DNA from: an uncultured Candidatus Saccharibacteria bacterium
Lineage (GTDB): Bacteria > Patescibacteriota > Minisyncoccia > Phycocordibacterales > UBA2100
DNA: 64,000 nucleotides
Direction: 5' to 3'
Assembly: GCA_964623775.1 (NCBI GenBank)
Contig: CAZUVH010000001.1
Span: forward strand, 40,790-104,789
Both the position numbers and the translations under genes were made by a program. Position 1 is the first letter of the stretch; every line of letters begins with the position of its first letter. The notes under the pieces are model-generated. The model had not been told where the DNA came from. It was given only the letters and a program-made list of their open reading frames with translations, and ran no database searches. Below, one piece after another: positions 47,315 through 57,616 of this stretch.

Positions 47315-49207
47315 GTGAGTTACATAAATGGCTTAAATGAACGACAAAAAGAGGCTGTTCTCTTGACAGAGGGGCCTCTTTTGATCATAGCGGGTGCCGG
47401 GGCGGGAAAAACGAAAACAATAACACACCGTATTGCGCACCTTATGGCAAGGGGTATTCCTGCTCACCGCATTCTGGCCGTGACATTCACCAACAAGGCT
47501 GCGGGGGAGATGCGTGAGCGTGTCCGTGCACTGCTGGGGGGCCAGTCGGGAATGCCTCTCATCACAACATTCCATAGTTTGGGTGTACGAATCCTGCGCG
47601 AATTCCACCACCAGGCAAACCTGCCGCGCAACTTTTCGATCTGGGATCGCGACGACAGCATCAAGGCGATCAAGAGAATCCAGGGTGGGGCGGAGGAACA
47701 GGGTTACAAGGCGAGCGCGCTCATCTCCGCAATCTCAAGAGAGAAGGGAAACGGCACGTCGGCACGGGAATTTGAGGAAAATGCGAAGAATTTCCGCGAG
47801 AAAGAGCTCGCCCGCATCTGGCGTTCGTATGAAACGGCACTGAAAGAAGAGGGCGCCTTGGACTTTGATGACCTTCTTTTGCATACTGTGACGCTTCTCA
47901 AAGCATCTGAGGCGACCCTGGAGAAACTCCGCGAACGGTACGCTTACATTACGATCGATGAATACCAAGACACCAACAAGACTCAGTACGAGATCGCCCG
48001 TCTCCTTGCAGGGGAGCGCAAGAATATCTGCGTAGTCGGTGACATCGATCAAAACATCTACAGCTGGCGTGGTGCCGATATCGAACACCTTATGTCATTT
48101 GAGAAGTCATTCCCTGGAGCCGCGACCGTGCTTTTGGAGCAAAATTACCGCTCCACCCGCACCATTCTCGCGGCGGCAAACGGCGTCATTTCAAAAAATA
48201 TCCGCCGCAAAGAAAAAAATCTTTTTACCGAGAACGAAACGGGGGAGCCGATCGCGATCTATGGCGCACGCAACGAGATCGACGAAGCGTGGTTTGTCGC
48301 GGCAACAGCACAAAAAATGATCTCGAGTGGTATACCTGCGTCTCAAATCGCCGTACTTTACCGCGAAAATTTCCAATCGCGCGCGATTGAAGAAGCGCTT
48401 CTCCATCTGGAGGTGCCGTATCGCGTCCTTGGTACGCGCTTTTTCGAGCGCAAGGAGGTGAAAGACCTACTTTCGTACGTCCGCGCCGCTCTTAATCCGC
48501 TCAGTAAGGTGGATTTCGCACGCGCCGTCGCTACCCCTTCGCGCGGCATCGGGAAGACGACGCTTGAGAAGGTGTTTGCCGGCCAAGAGGCCGCGCTTCC
48601 TGCCGCTGCGCGCGCAAAGGTCGCGACCTTCAAAGATACCCTCACAAAGATCGCGCACGCGGCAAAGACACTGCCACCATCAGAGGCACTCCGATATACG
48701 CTCGAGGCGAGCGGCATCGAAGTGATGCTCAAGAAAGACGCCGAGGAGGGGAGCGAGCGCATGGAAAACTTGAACGAACTCCTCAATCTCGCGGTACGCT
48801 ACGACGAAATGCTCCCCCCGGAGGGTATCGAGAAAATGCTCGAGGAGGCCGCGCTCCAATCCGATCAGGACGAACTCGCCGAAAAAAGCGACGGCGTCGT
48901 GCTTCTGACAGTACACGCATCGAAAGGATTGGAATTCGACGTGGTCTTCGTGACCGGCCTTGAGCAAGGCCTTTTTCCCTCTCTTCGCGAAGGTACGCGC
49001 GACCCAGAGGAGGAACGTCGGCTTTTTTATGTGGCAATCACGCGTGCCCGAAAGCAGGTATATCTTTCATACGCGCACGATCGCATGCGGTGGGGATCAC
49101 GTGAGCTCACGACACCTTCGGAATTTTTCGACGACATCGACCCGCGACTTATCGTTTCCGTAAACCCCGGCGAGCAGAGTGAGGAGAGTACGATCGAATT
49201 TCTATGA
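47315..49207 (+). CDS. pcrA: UvrD/PcrA helicase
   Basis: AGAGAGKT, TFTNKAA, DEYQD, NYRS, HASKGLEF, EERRLFYVAITRA. Confidence 0.95.
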   Translation: MSYINGLNERQKEAVLLTEGPLLIIAGAGAGKTKTITHRIAHLMARGIPAHRILAVTFTNKAAGEMRERVRALLGGQSGMPLITTFHSLGVRILREFHHQANLPRNFSIWDRDDSIKAIKRIQGGAEEQGYKASALISAISREKGNGTSAREFEENAKNFREKELARIWRSYETALKEEGALDFDDLLLHTVTLLKASEATLEKLRERYAYITIDEYQDTNKTQYEIARLLAGERKNICVVGDIDQNIYSWRGADIEHLMSFEKSFPGAATVLLEQNYRSTRTILAAANGVISKNIRRKEKNLFTENETGEPIAIYGARNEIDEAWFVAATAQKMISSGIPASQIAVLYRENFQSRAIEEALLHLEVPYRVLGTRFFERKEVKDLLSYVRAALNPLSKVDFARAVATPSRGIGKTTLEKVFAGQEAALPAAARAKVATFKDTLTKIAHAAKTLPPSEALRYTLEASGIEVMLKKDAEEGSERMENLNELLNLAVRYDEMLPPEGIEKMLEEAALQSDQDELAEKSDGVVLLTVHASKGLEFDVVFVTGLEQGLFPSLREGTRDPEEERRLFYVAITRARKQVYLSYAHDRMRWGSRELTTPSEFFDDIDPRLIVSVNPGEQSEESTIEFL

Positions 49208-50004
49208 AGAAGAACCGGGGGGCACGCAAAGGAGCACGATTGGGTCAGCACTTTCTCACAGGCACCTGGGCTGCTGTGTCGCTTGTGAAAGCGACGGCGA
49301 TGAAGGAGGGTGATATCACGCTCGAGATCGGCCCCGGGAAAGGTGCGCTCACAAAGGAAATTCTCAAGACAGGTGCGCATGTCGTTGCGGTAGAGAAAGA
49401 CGAGGCGCTTGCCGATCTTCTTGCTGCGATATTTTCGAAAGAAATTTTTCACAAGCAGCTGGAAATTGTACGGGATGATGTGCGCAACTTTCTGCCGGAA
49501 AAAGCTGGTTTGCGAGCAGGGGAGTACATACTTGCGGCCAACATCCCGTATTACATCACCGGTGAGATCATACGGCAGTTTCTTTCGTGCAATGTGCAGC
49601 CACACACGATGGCAATCCTCATACAAAAAGAGGTCGCGGAGCGCATTCTCGCGCGTGATGGCAAAGAAAGCATCCTCTCGATCGCGGTCAAAGTGTATGG
49701 CACGCCAAAGATCGCAGCAAAAGTGTCGAGAGGAAATTTCAATCCGCCACCGTCTGTTGATTCCGCGATCCTGCTCGTGACGAATATTTCAAAAAAGTCA
49801 TTCGATGATGTGAGTGAAGAGATGTTTTTTAGAGTATTGCGTGCAGGTTTTTCGTCAAAAAGAAAGTTGCTCGCAAGTAATCTAGGTAATGTGTTTGGGA
49901 GGGAAAGGGTAGACACCGCACTTGAGAACTGCAAGATTCCGGGGAAGGCGCGGGCGGAGGATTTGAAGGTAGGGGATTGGTTGGGGTTGGCGACGAACCT
50001 TTAA
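49204..50004 (+). CDS. rsmA: 16S rRNA adenine dimethyltransferase
   Basis: LGQHFL, EIGPGKG, ANIPYYIT, PPPSVDS. Confidence 0.96.
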   Translation: MKKNRGARKGARLGQHFLTGTWAAVSLVKATAMKEGDITLEIGPGKGALTKEILKTGAHVVAVEKDEALADLLAAIFSKEIFHKQLEIVRDDVRNFLPEKAGLRAGEYILAANIPYYITGEIIRQFLSCNVQPHTMAILIQKEVAERILARDGKESILSIAVKVYGTPKIAAKVSRGNFNPPPSVDSAILLVTNISKKSFDDVSEEMFFRVLRAGFSSKRKLLASNLGNVFGRERVDTALENCKIPGKARAEDLKVGDWLGLATNL

Positions 50005-50014
50005 CACAAGACTG

Positions 50015-50184
50015 CGGCCGTGCCCTTCGGGCGTCACAAATATTTTGCCCGCCGTCGCGGGCAAAATTTTCTGACCACGGCTCGCCGGCGCAGCCCATGG
50101 ACTGTTTTTATCTCAGGCACGGATCAAATTTTGCCGTCCCCACGCCTCGCGGTCGCGCAAGCTTGCGCGACATCGCTCCGGCCG
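50015..50184. repeat. Multi-hairpin intergenic element
   Basis: gccc-ttcg-ggc, attttgcccgc/gcgggcaaaat, gtcgcgcaagcttgcgcgac; CGGCCG at both ends. Confidence 0.5.
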
Positions 50185-50222
50185 TCCAGTAGGAGAAAAA
50201 AGGGTGCGCAGGCACCCTTTTT

Positions 50223-50561
50223 CTACCTACTGGACCCCATCATCGTAATCAAGATTCCGGGCCAAACGATAACTGGTTCGATAGAGACCACGCAGTAGTA
50301 GGGAGGACCGGCGAGACCAAGGTGCCACTGGCCTGCATGCGACGGCGGACCGAATTGATACGTGCGAGTAGAAGGCGTCCAGATGAAATCGCCTCCGCGT
50401 GGCGGGCCGGTGCGTGCAAAGATCGCACTGTTGTAACAAAAGATGATTTGAGAAATCTGTCCGCCGTACGGAAATGCCGAGGTGAATGTGGGGACGACGA
50501 GCGCAAGTATTATGAGGATCGCGGCAAACATGAGAATGAGTCGTATCACAGACAATTTCAT
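50223..50561 (-). CDS. Small secreted protein
   Basis: Signal peptide, two Cys, Gly/Pro-rich. Confidence 0.65.
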   Translation of the reverse strand: MKLSVIRLILMFAAILIILALVVPTFTSAFPYGGQISQIIFCYNSAIFARTGPPRGGDFIWTPSTRTYQFGPPSHAGQWHLGLAGPPYYCVVSIEPVIVWPGILITMMGSSR

Positions 50562-50606
50562 GTGCATAGCAAAATTCTACCATGTATTCAGTGGTACAAT
50601 TTTTGA

Positions 50607-51575
50607 ATGGGGAAATTACCGCCAATGCACATAATCGAGATCGAAAATCAAAGTACTCCAGAAGTCGTCGCCCCGCATTCGCAGCACTGGGTCTCTGCGC
50701 ATCCCATCACCGCATCTTTGATAGCATCGACGGCGTTACTCTTGATTGGCAGCGCGATCGTGTTTCGTCACTCTGCAGCAAACCCGCCAGCACCCGTCAT
50801 CACCGCCTGGGGCGGGGGCGGTATTGATCCATACAACACGGTCACCGGCTCGGTGACCGCAGATCAGGAAGAGATCGTACAACAGGTACAAAACAACCCG
50901 CCCTACACATACGTCATACCTGATCTAAAAGGCAACACGACCCCCTCGTCTCCGCAGCCCACCGAAAATTCCAACGATCTGCTGGATTTTGAGCAGTTTA
51001 TGGCGGGATTGGGGCAAAGCACCGCACCGGGAAATACCGCACCAAAAGAGGTCGCCGATATTACCAACGCGTTTCCTCCCACTTCACTCTTTATCGCGCC
51101 CACACCGAAAACGGATCGGACACCTCTCCAACAGGCGCTTTACAACTACGGGAACGAGATCGGGTCGTACATCCAGTCATACGAGCAGCAGCATCCAGAT
51201 CAGACACAAGTCCTGAAAAATCACATCGAGGACCAGAATAATCCGATCAAAATAAATGCGGTCGTCCAGATGGGACGCGACCTTCAGGGTATTGGCACAA
51301 GCCTTCTCGGTATGGAAGATGTGCCAGCGCAGGTAAGCGCGGCGCACAAGAAGCTCGCCGAAAGCTACCAGACCATCGGTAAAAACCTCACACTTGTACC
51401 GCAAGCCAAGGGAAATGATGCGCTCTTAAGCGCGATTGGCACGTACAACGCCTCTGCGGATGTGTTTGCAAAAGATCTCGTTGCGCTCGTAGGATTTTTC
51501 TCAATGTACGGTGTCACCTTTAGCGCCGAAGATGCGGGAAACATCTTCACGTTTACCTATTCGGGCGGAATGTAG
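50607..51575 (+). CDS. Single-TM hypothetical protein
   Basis: TM, helical C-terminus; first gene of the T4SS-like cluster. Confidence 0.7.
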   Translation: MGKLPPMHIIEIENQSTPEVVAPHSQHWVSAHPITASLIASTALLLIGSAIVFRHSAANPPAPVITAWGGGGIDPYNTVTGSVTADQEEIVQQVQNNPPYTYVIPDLKGNTTPSSPQPTENSNDLLDFEQFMAGLGQSTAPGNTAPKEVADITNAFPPTSLFIAPTPKTDRTPLQQALYNYGNEIGSYIQSYEQQHPDQTQVLKNHIEDQNNPIKINAVVQMGRDLQGIGTSLLGMEDVPAQVSAAHKKLAESYQTIGKNLTLVPQAKGNDALLSAIGTYNASADVFAKDLVALVGFFSMYGVTFSAEDAGNIFTFTYSGGM

Positions 51576-51737
51576 CATCACGTATGACGCGCCCTGCCCC
51601 AACGCCAACGCTGGCATTTTCTTGCTGCGCCTTTAAGACTCAAAGTGAAATACACGAGTGACGTTGTGTGACTTTCTATCCCCGAAAACACCAGATATGC
51701 AGCCATGCCAACGTTGGTGAGGGGGTATAATTCTAGT

Positions 51738-52544
51738 GTGGAAAAAGAACGCTCACACGAAAGCGGTTTTTCGGTTATTGAGGTCACTGCGATCCTTGCC
51801 GTTCTCGTCTTGATCGGATCAGCACTCTGGCAATCGCAGGCAAAAATCGATACGCAGAAAAAAAATCTCACCTACGAACAGCAGTCTGCCCCCGAATCTA
51901 CGGACTCGCTCGAAGACGACCCGCTCGCGCAAGCACTTGCCGATGTCACCGCAGCAGGGAAGCCCGGCACGATCGGCACCGCTGTCATGAATCAGATGTT
52001 GAACTCCTACCTCGTCTCCAAAAACAACGGTACGTATTCGCCCGAATATGCTGCGGCACTCGGGAGCTCACTCGCACCGATGATTCAAAACACGCTCGCG
52101 TACCAGACCTTTTCCGAGAAAAATCTCGTGATCAATCCAGACACATCGGAGAAAGCGTCCGTTGCATACCAGAAGGCGCTGTATGACGCGCTCGCGCCAC
52201 TGCGCACCAACACCGCGCCCGAGTTTGAGTTTTTCGCTCTCTACGTGCAGACGAAAGACCCCGTACATCTCGTGCGCCTACAAAGCGTGGCAACACTCTA
52301 TCGAGACGCGGTCGCCAATGCGGCTGTCCTTTTCGTGCCGTCTGACGTAGCTCAGAGGCATGTGGCGATTCTCAATGCGATGGGGGAATTCGCTGCCGCA
52401 CTCGACGCGCTTGCCCTGCATGCTGATGATCCTATCGAATCCGTCGCGCTCTTGCGCGATTACAACGCGGGCGAACAGCACGTGCTCGCCGCATTCAACG
52501 CACTTCAGTCCTACTACGCCACCAAATATGCAAAACGCTCATAA
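51738..52544 (+). CDS. Prepilin-like signal protein
   Basis: SG|FSVIEVTAILAVL; GTG start after TATAAT. Confidence 0.65.
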   Translation: MEKERSHESGFSVIEVTAILAVLVLIGSALWQSQAKIDTQKKNLTYEQQSAPESTDSLEDDPLAQALADVTAAGKPGTIGTAVMNQMLNSYLVSKNNGTYSPEYAAALGSSLAPMIQNTLAYQTFSEKNLVINPDTSEKASVAYQKALYDALAPLRTNTAPEFEFFALYVQTKDPVHLVRLQSVATLYRDAVANAAVLFVPSDVAQRHVAILNAMGEFAAALDALALHADDPIESVALLRDYNAGEQHVLAAFNALQSYYATKYAKRS

Positions 52545-53997
52545 CATCACCCTGTATATTGTGGGCGCAGCGCTCGTGCTTTTACTGAGTGCGACGCATA
52601 GTGCATACGCACAGACAGTCCAGTATCCGAGCGGTATCACGACGTGCGAACGCACCGGCGCTGCGGGACTCAGCTCGTCGGTCGGCTCGTTCTCCCCGAT
52701 TGGCGGGCCATATGTGCCGGTCGTCGATTATGCCGTCGAGCTCAATTCAGCAACACTTGTCTACAAAGAATGCGTGCTGCGGCAACTCGTCGATCAGCAA
52801 AGAAAAGCGGCCGTTGCGCTCATCACGAAAGATACGTTGCAAAAATTCATGACACAGCGAAATGGCCGCCCGATGTTCCCGGGGTATCTCCAGGGCGAAG
52901 TCGTCGAGAGAGAGGACGCCGCGATGGCTCGCACACTCAGGAGTCCGTCGCTTGCGACGATCAACCCGGCTTATAAAAACCTGATCCTGGGTGCTATCGC
53001 GCTCGACTACCGCGTCGACACGCGCGCGTACAACAACACAGTTACCTGCCCGTACCAGGGCAACCTCGATACGATACATAAGGCGCGAGATTTTACGTTT
53101 GATGGATTGTGGATAGGGGTGGGCGATCCGCGATGCCGGCCACTCGACGTATACTACCCAGCTTCCGATATCGCACACAACGACGTCGCGCTCGATCAGC
53201 AAGAGATGGGGTATCGCCTTAACACAAGCAATGGCCTCTACGGTCTTGAAGCGATCGATGCAAACGGCAATCGCATCACGCTCACGCCCGGTATATTCAC
53301 GCGCGACGTCGCGAGCCAGGCACTCACATCTGGTTTCCGAATGCTCGAAAGTGCGGATGATGTCGGTGAAGTCGTCGACGCGCTTTTTGCGGCAATGGGC
53401 GATCAAGCTCTCACGAGTGCTCCCGGGGGTGGGACGAGCGGGCTTTCGGGTCTCGGCGGTGGACTCTCGGGCATGATGAATGGTTCCAACAATTACTTCA
53501 ATCAGGTGTTGCAAAGTCAGCTCGGGGGCTTGGGTGGCACGATCACGACCGGTATTCTCGCTACACTGCAAAATCTGCTCGCCAACGAGCAGCTCTACAA
53601 CCAGGTCGTGATCGCGGTAGGACAACTCATTCAAAAAGCGACGGACGATCTCAAAAAATACGAGGCGAAATGCTTCTCCGACACTACGCACTCTGAGCAG
53701 GTTATCAGCACGAATTTTGCTCCAATCGTCGTCGATATCGCCCCAAAAATCGCAAGCTCGACTGCCGCTGTTACTGGCTTGCAGGCACTCATTGCGCAGG
53801 TGAGCGGGCCGAATCCGCCGAGCAATGCGCAGATCACCGCGACGCTCACTTCGCTGGGATTGCACTCACAACAACAAACACAGGCAGAGCAGTCGCGCCT
53901 GCAGACACTCCAGGTCGATATCACACAATTTGTGCAAAATGTCGTTGCCGGCTGGCAAAACAGTGCATCCGTTCCCGTCGGGTGCGGACAACTATGA
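52528..53997 (+). CDS. Secreted protein in T4SS-like cluster
   Basis: Signal peptide AYA|Q, several Cys, Gly-rich linker. Confidence 0.7.
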   Translation: MQNAHNITLYIVGAALVLLLSATHSAYAQTVQYPSGITTCERTGAAGLSSSVGSFSPIGGPYVPVVDYAVELNSATLVYKECVLRQLVDQQRKAAVALITKDTLQKFMTQRNGRPMFPGYLQGEVVEREDAAMARTLRSPSLATINPAYKNLILGAIALDYRVDTRAYNNTVTCPYQGNLDTIHKARDFTFDGLWIGVGDPRCRPLDVYYPASDIAHNDVALDQQEMGYRLNTSNGLYGLEAIDANGNRITLTPGIFTRDVASQALTSGFRMLESADDVGEVVDALFAAMGDQALTSAPGGGTSGLSGLGGGLSGMMNGSNNYFNQVLQSQLGGLGGTITTGILATLQNLLANEQLYNQVVIAVGQLIQKATDDLKKYEAKCFSDTTHSEQVISTNFAPIVVDIAPKIASSTAAVTGLQALIAQVSGPNPPSNAQITATLTSLGLHSQQQTQAEQSRLQTLQVDITQFVQNVVAGWQNSASVPVGCGQL

Positions 53998-56321
53998 TAT
54001 CCATGACTCACTCATCAAGAATAATTCGCGACGCGATCATCGGAGTCGTTCTTTTCATGAGCATCGCGCTCCCACTCCTCACACCCTCGTACGCTTCGGC
54101 GCAAGCGCCGAGTGGCGGCGCAGCAGCGAGTGTAAACACTCCGAATGCACGGCCGACCGTATGCGACGGCGGATTACTTTCGATGTCGTCTCTTGATCCG
54201 GTGTGCTGGTTCCGCAGAATCACCGCCGCACTCGGCGCATCCATCATACAAATCGCCATATGGGTCCTTACGGTCTCTGGCATGCTCTTCAATCTGCTCG
54301 TGGATCACACGATAATCAACTTTGGACAATTTCTATACGGTAGTGAAATGAAAAGCGCGATCGAGACGGCCTGGACCGCCTTCCGCGACATTTCCAATAT
54401 TGTGATCATCGGCATGTTCGTATTTATGGCGATCATGACAATCCTCGGCAGCATCGACTATGGGTATAAAAAGCTTGTCGCAAAAATCATCATCATCGCC
54501 GTTCTCATCAATTTCAGCCTGCTCTTTACGAAGATTATTATCGATTTCTCGAATTTTGCGGCACTGCAGTTTTACAACGCGGCCAGCCTCCAGGCGAGCC
54601 CCTCTTCTACGGGAGCTGCGACCGACCCAAATACGACACAGCAAAAAGGCATTTCCGGAGCGTTTCTCGACTACATGGGCGTCACCGGCATCGGCGACAG
54701 TTATTCCGCAGTGAGAAAAGTCGCTGAATCGAGCGATAGTGGAGGATTGGCGCTCCTTCATGCGATTATCGCGAGTATTTTTATACTTGCTGCAGCGATC
54801 GTACTCTTCTACGGATCGTTCCTGCTCGCCTCTCGTGCACTGCTTCTGATTTTCCTCCTCCTCACCTCATCCATTGCATTCGCCACATACTTGATACCGA
54901 TTGGGGTTGTGAATTCCACCTGGGGGTGGAAAAAGTGGTGGAGCTCACTTCTTCAAAGCGCCGTCTTCGCCCCGCTTCTCATGATATTTCTGTGGGTAAC
55001 GCTCGCGATTGGGAGGGCACTAAAGGATCAGGCGGGGACGCTCGGCGACCTCCTCACCAACCCAACAAAGGGGGCTAATTATGAGTCGCTCTTTGGCTAC
55101 ATTATAGTGCTCGGGCTTCTCTTCATCTCGTTCAAGATTTCATCAAGTTTTGCGGCCGGCATCGGCGGATTCAATTACGCCGCGATGATACCTGCGGGCC
55201 TCGCCGGGATCGGTGCTCGAGCTGCAGCCATGTCAACAAGATGGACTGTCGGGGCAGGAGGTAGATGGGCTGGTGAAAAACTACAGGCGCAGGCTCGCAA
55301 CACAAATCGTTCTGACTTGAGTAGATCTCTCTTTGATTTCGGCGCAAAACCATTCCAGGCTCTCGCTAAGAAAGACTTCAATCCTTTACGGAACGCGCTG
55401 GGTGGCCAGATGGCAAAGATGGCAGGCCTGAAGAAGGAGACACTCGGTGGTGAAAAGGTTGGCGGATTCGAGGGTACAGTTAAAAATTTCCAGAAGGCGC
55501 TCGGGGAACGAGCAAAGAACATGACTCCGACGAAGGAGGAGTTGGAAAAGCAGCTGGAAGCTCGTAAAGCTGCAACAACCACACTAAAACCTGAGGTTCC
55601 AAAACCATCGACGATGGCTCCGCCCGAGGACAAAAAGAAAGACACTGAGACGGTTCGCGCAGAAGAGCTCAAGGCGTACTTTGACAATAATCCGAAAGAA
55701 AAAGAGGTTCATGAAAAGGCGAAAGAAGAGGTGCACATCAGTAAGGAGGACATGGATGCATCCCGCCGCACAAATGCTGACGTGGTTGCGAAGTTGTCAC
55801 AAAGCATCAAGGGTCTCAAGGAACAGCAGGCTACTTTGCGTAGCAACAAAGCCGACACCGTGGCCATAGCCCGCGCTGATGAAATCCAGAAAAAAGTTTC
55901 GGAATCTAAAGTGGAATTGGGCAGAGCACTGAAAGAGCGGCGCGAACAAATTAGGGAGGCCACAAAAAAATCTCAGGTGGCGGATGAAAAACTAAGAGAG
56001 ATTGAGAAGAAGGCGGTGGACGCGATGCAAGATCGCGTGCGAACACAACAGGAGCAGAACGCGAGCATAAAGGAGAGTGACGTTAAGGAAAAGAATACCA
56101 CAGAGGCCATCGCACAGAGACTTGCCGATAAAAGTCTCACTGGCGTGCTACTGAAGTCGCTTGGGGTGTCGAGTAAATCCCTTTCTAGTGGCGCAGTAAA
56201 ACATCTGAAAGAGCAGGCGAAGAGGGAGCGAGCGAAACTAAATGCTGAGGAGCGTAAGAAACTTGACGACAAAGACAAGCCAAAGAGCGAGCCCCCAGCG
56301 CCTGCTGGCGATAAACACTAA
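53994..56321 (+). CDS. VirB6/TrbL-like polytopic membrane protein with coiled-coil tail
   Basis: WTAFRDISN, AVLINFSL, multiple TMs, KKWW. Confidence 0.7.
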   Translation: MISMTHSSRIIRDAIIGVVLFMSIALPLLTPSYASAQAPSGGAAASVNTPNARPTVCDGGLLSMSSLDPVCWFRRITAALGASIIQIAIWVLTVSGMLFNLLVDHTIINFGQFLYGSEMKSAIETAWTAFRDISNIVIIGMFVFMAIMTILGSIDYGYKKLVAKIIIIAVLINFSLLFTKIIIDFSNFAALQFYNAASLQASPSSTGAATDPNTTQQKGISGAFLDYMGVTGIGDSYSAVRKVAESSDSGGLALLHAIIASIFILAAAIVLFYGSFLLASRALLLIFLLLTSSIAFATYLIPIGVVNSTWGWKKWWSSLLQSAVFAPLLMIFLWVTLAIGRALKDQAGTLGDLLTNPTKGANYESLFGYIIVLGLLFISFKISSSFAAGIGGFNYAAMIPAGLAGIGARAAAMSTRWTVGAGGRWAGEKLQAQARNTNRSDLSRSLFDFGAKPFQALAKKDFNPLRNALGGQMAKMAGLKKETLGGEKVGGFEGTVKNFQKALGERAKNMTPTKEELEKQLEARKAATTTLKPEVPKPSTMAPPEDKKKDTETVRAEELKAYFDNNPKEKEVHEKAKEEVHISKEDMDASRRTNADVVAKLSQSIKGLKEQQATLRSNKADTVAIARADEIQKKVSESKVELGRALKERREQIREATKKSQVADEKLREIEKKAVDAMQDRVRTQQEQNASIKESDVKEKNTTEAIAQRLADKSLTGVLLKSLGVSSKSLSSGAVKHLKEQAKRERAKLNAEERKKLDDKDKPKSEPPAPAGDKH

Positions 56322-56325
56322 AACC

Positions 56326-56910
56326 ATGAACGATCAGATTGAAGAGAAAAAGTATGACGAGGTAATTCAGGAGAGACTCTCGCAACTGCCGAAAGTTGTC
56401 CAAGACGCTATACGCTCCGGTAATGTAACAGAACACATGCGTAAGCTTGCCGAGGCCCATAAACTACACTTGGATCAGTGGCAAACGCTTGAACAGGAGG
56501 TCCAGTTTACTTTACTCGGTTTTCAACCTGCTGAAGAGCTCGAACAAAATATTAAAAATGAAGTGGGGGTCTTGGACGAGGTTGCTCACGCGCTTACCCT
56601 TGATATCTCTCACACTGTGTTCGAGCCAATTCGCCAAGAGCTTGAGCGCACTCTCGGAAATCCCGAGGCGAAGAAAGTGGAGGTGAGTGACATGGAGGCG
56701 TCGCGAACACAGGCGATAGCGATCGAAAAAAAGTCGGCCACTCCAGAGGCTGCTGCAGCGCCCAAGACTGTCGCACCCGCCACGCCGCCTGCTCCCGCAC
56801 CTCAGGGCACCGCAAAGCGCGCACCGATTGCTGATACCTATCTCTCGAGCAGTCCGAGTCACGAGCGCAAAGTAATCGAGGGTGATCCGTACAGGGAGCA
56901 GACTTCTTGA
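56326..56910 (+). CDS. Hypothetical protein with DPYRE C-terminus
   Basis: ORF in operon context. Confidence 0.7.
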   Translation: MNDQIEEKKYDEVIQERLSQLPKVVQDAIRSGNVTEHMRKLAEAHKLHLDQWQTLEQEVQFTLLGFQPAEELEQNIKNEVGVLDEVAHALTLDISHTVFEPIRQELERTLGNPEAKKVEVSDMEASRTQAIAIEKKSATPEAAAAPKTVAPATPPAPAPQGTAKRAPIADTYLSSSPSHERKVIEGDPYREQTS

Positions 56911-56923
56911 CGCCAACAAGGGG

Positions 56924-57033
56924 TATACCCCGCACCACTTTTAACACCCGGGCGATGGGCGACTAACTTCATTAAGTTTTGAGTGGCTAGTTATCAACGA
57001 ATTATAAAAGGTTTAAAAGTGGTGCGGGGTATA
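56924..57033. mobile_element. MITE-like element with ~17 bp TIRs and TATA flanks
   Basis: tata-ccccgcaccacttttaa...ttaaaagtggtgcgggg-tata. Confidence 0.8.
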
Positions 57034-57041
57034 ATTACTGA

Positions 57042-57614
57042 ATGCAGTTTCAGGTTCCTCAATTCATCGAGGTGGAGGACAAGATCTTCGGCCCGCTCAC
57101 GTTTAAGCAGTTCATATATATAGGAGGGGGGATAGGGGCAGCTTACTTACTCTGGCGCGTCCTGCCGATGTACGTCGCGGCCCCCATCATTGCGGTAGTG
57201 GGTGGACTTGCCGCAGCGCTTGCGTTTTTCCAATACAACGGGCGTCCATTCATAATAGCGCTCGAAAACGCCTTCTTTTTCCTTGTTCGCAGCAAGCTCT
57301 ACCTCTGGAACAATGAAAACAAGAAAAAGTCACGAGAGGTGGTCGAGCAAAATTTTGCACAGGCGTCTAATCTATATGTTCCGAAACTCTCGGGCAGCAA
57401 GCTGCACGAACTCGCGTGGAGCCTCGACATCAAGGAGCGTATCGCCGGCGGTGTCGCCACAGAGTCCGAGCGCACAGGAAATCGGCCTCCCGAAGATATA
57501 TTGGCTCCCATAAAGACCGCGAGGGCAGCAGCAGCGACCAGAGAGCAATCACTTGCGCAGCAGATTGAGAGCTTGGCACGCCAGCGCGCCAATACTGCGC
57601 CGTCTACACAATAA
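57042..57614 (+). CDS. PrgI-family protein
   Basis: MQFQVPQFIEVEDKIFGPLTFKQF plus two TMs. Confidence 0.88.
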   Translation: MQFQVPQFIEVEDKIFGPLTFKQFIYIGGGIGAAYLLWRVLPMYVAAPIIAVVGGLAAALAFFQYNGRPFIIALENAFFFLVRSKLYLWNNENKKKSREVVEQNFAQASNLYVPKLSGSKLHELAWSLDIKERIAGGVATESERTGNRPPEDILAPIKTARAAAATREQSLAQQIESLARQRANTAPSTQ

Positions 57615-57616
57615 AT

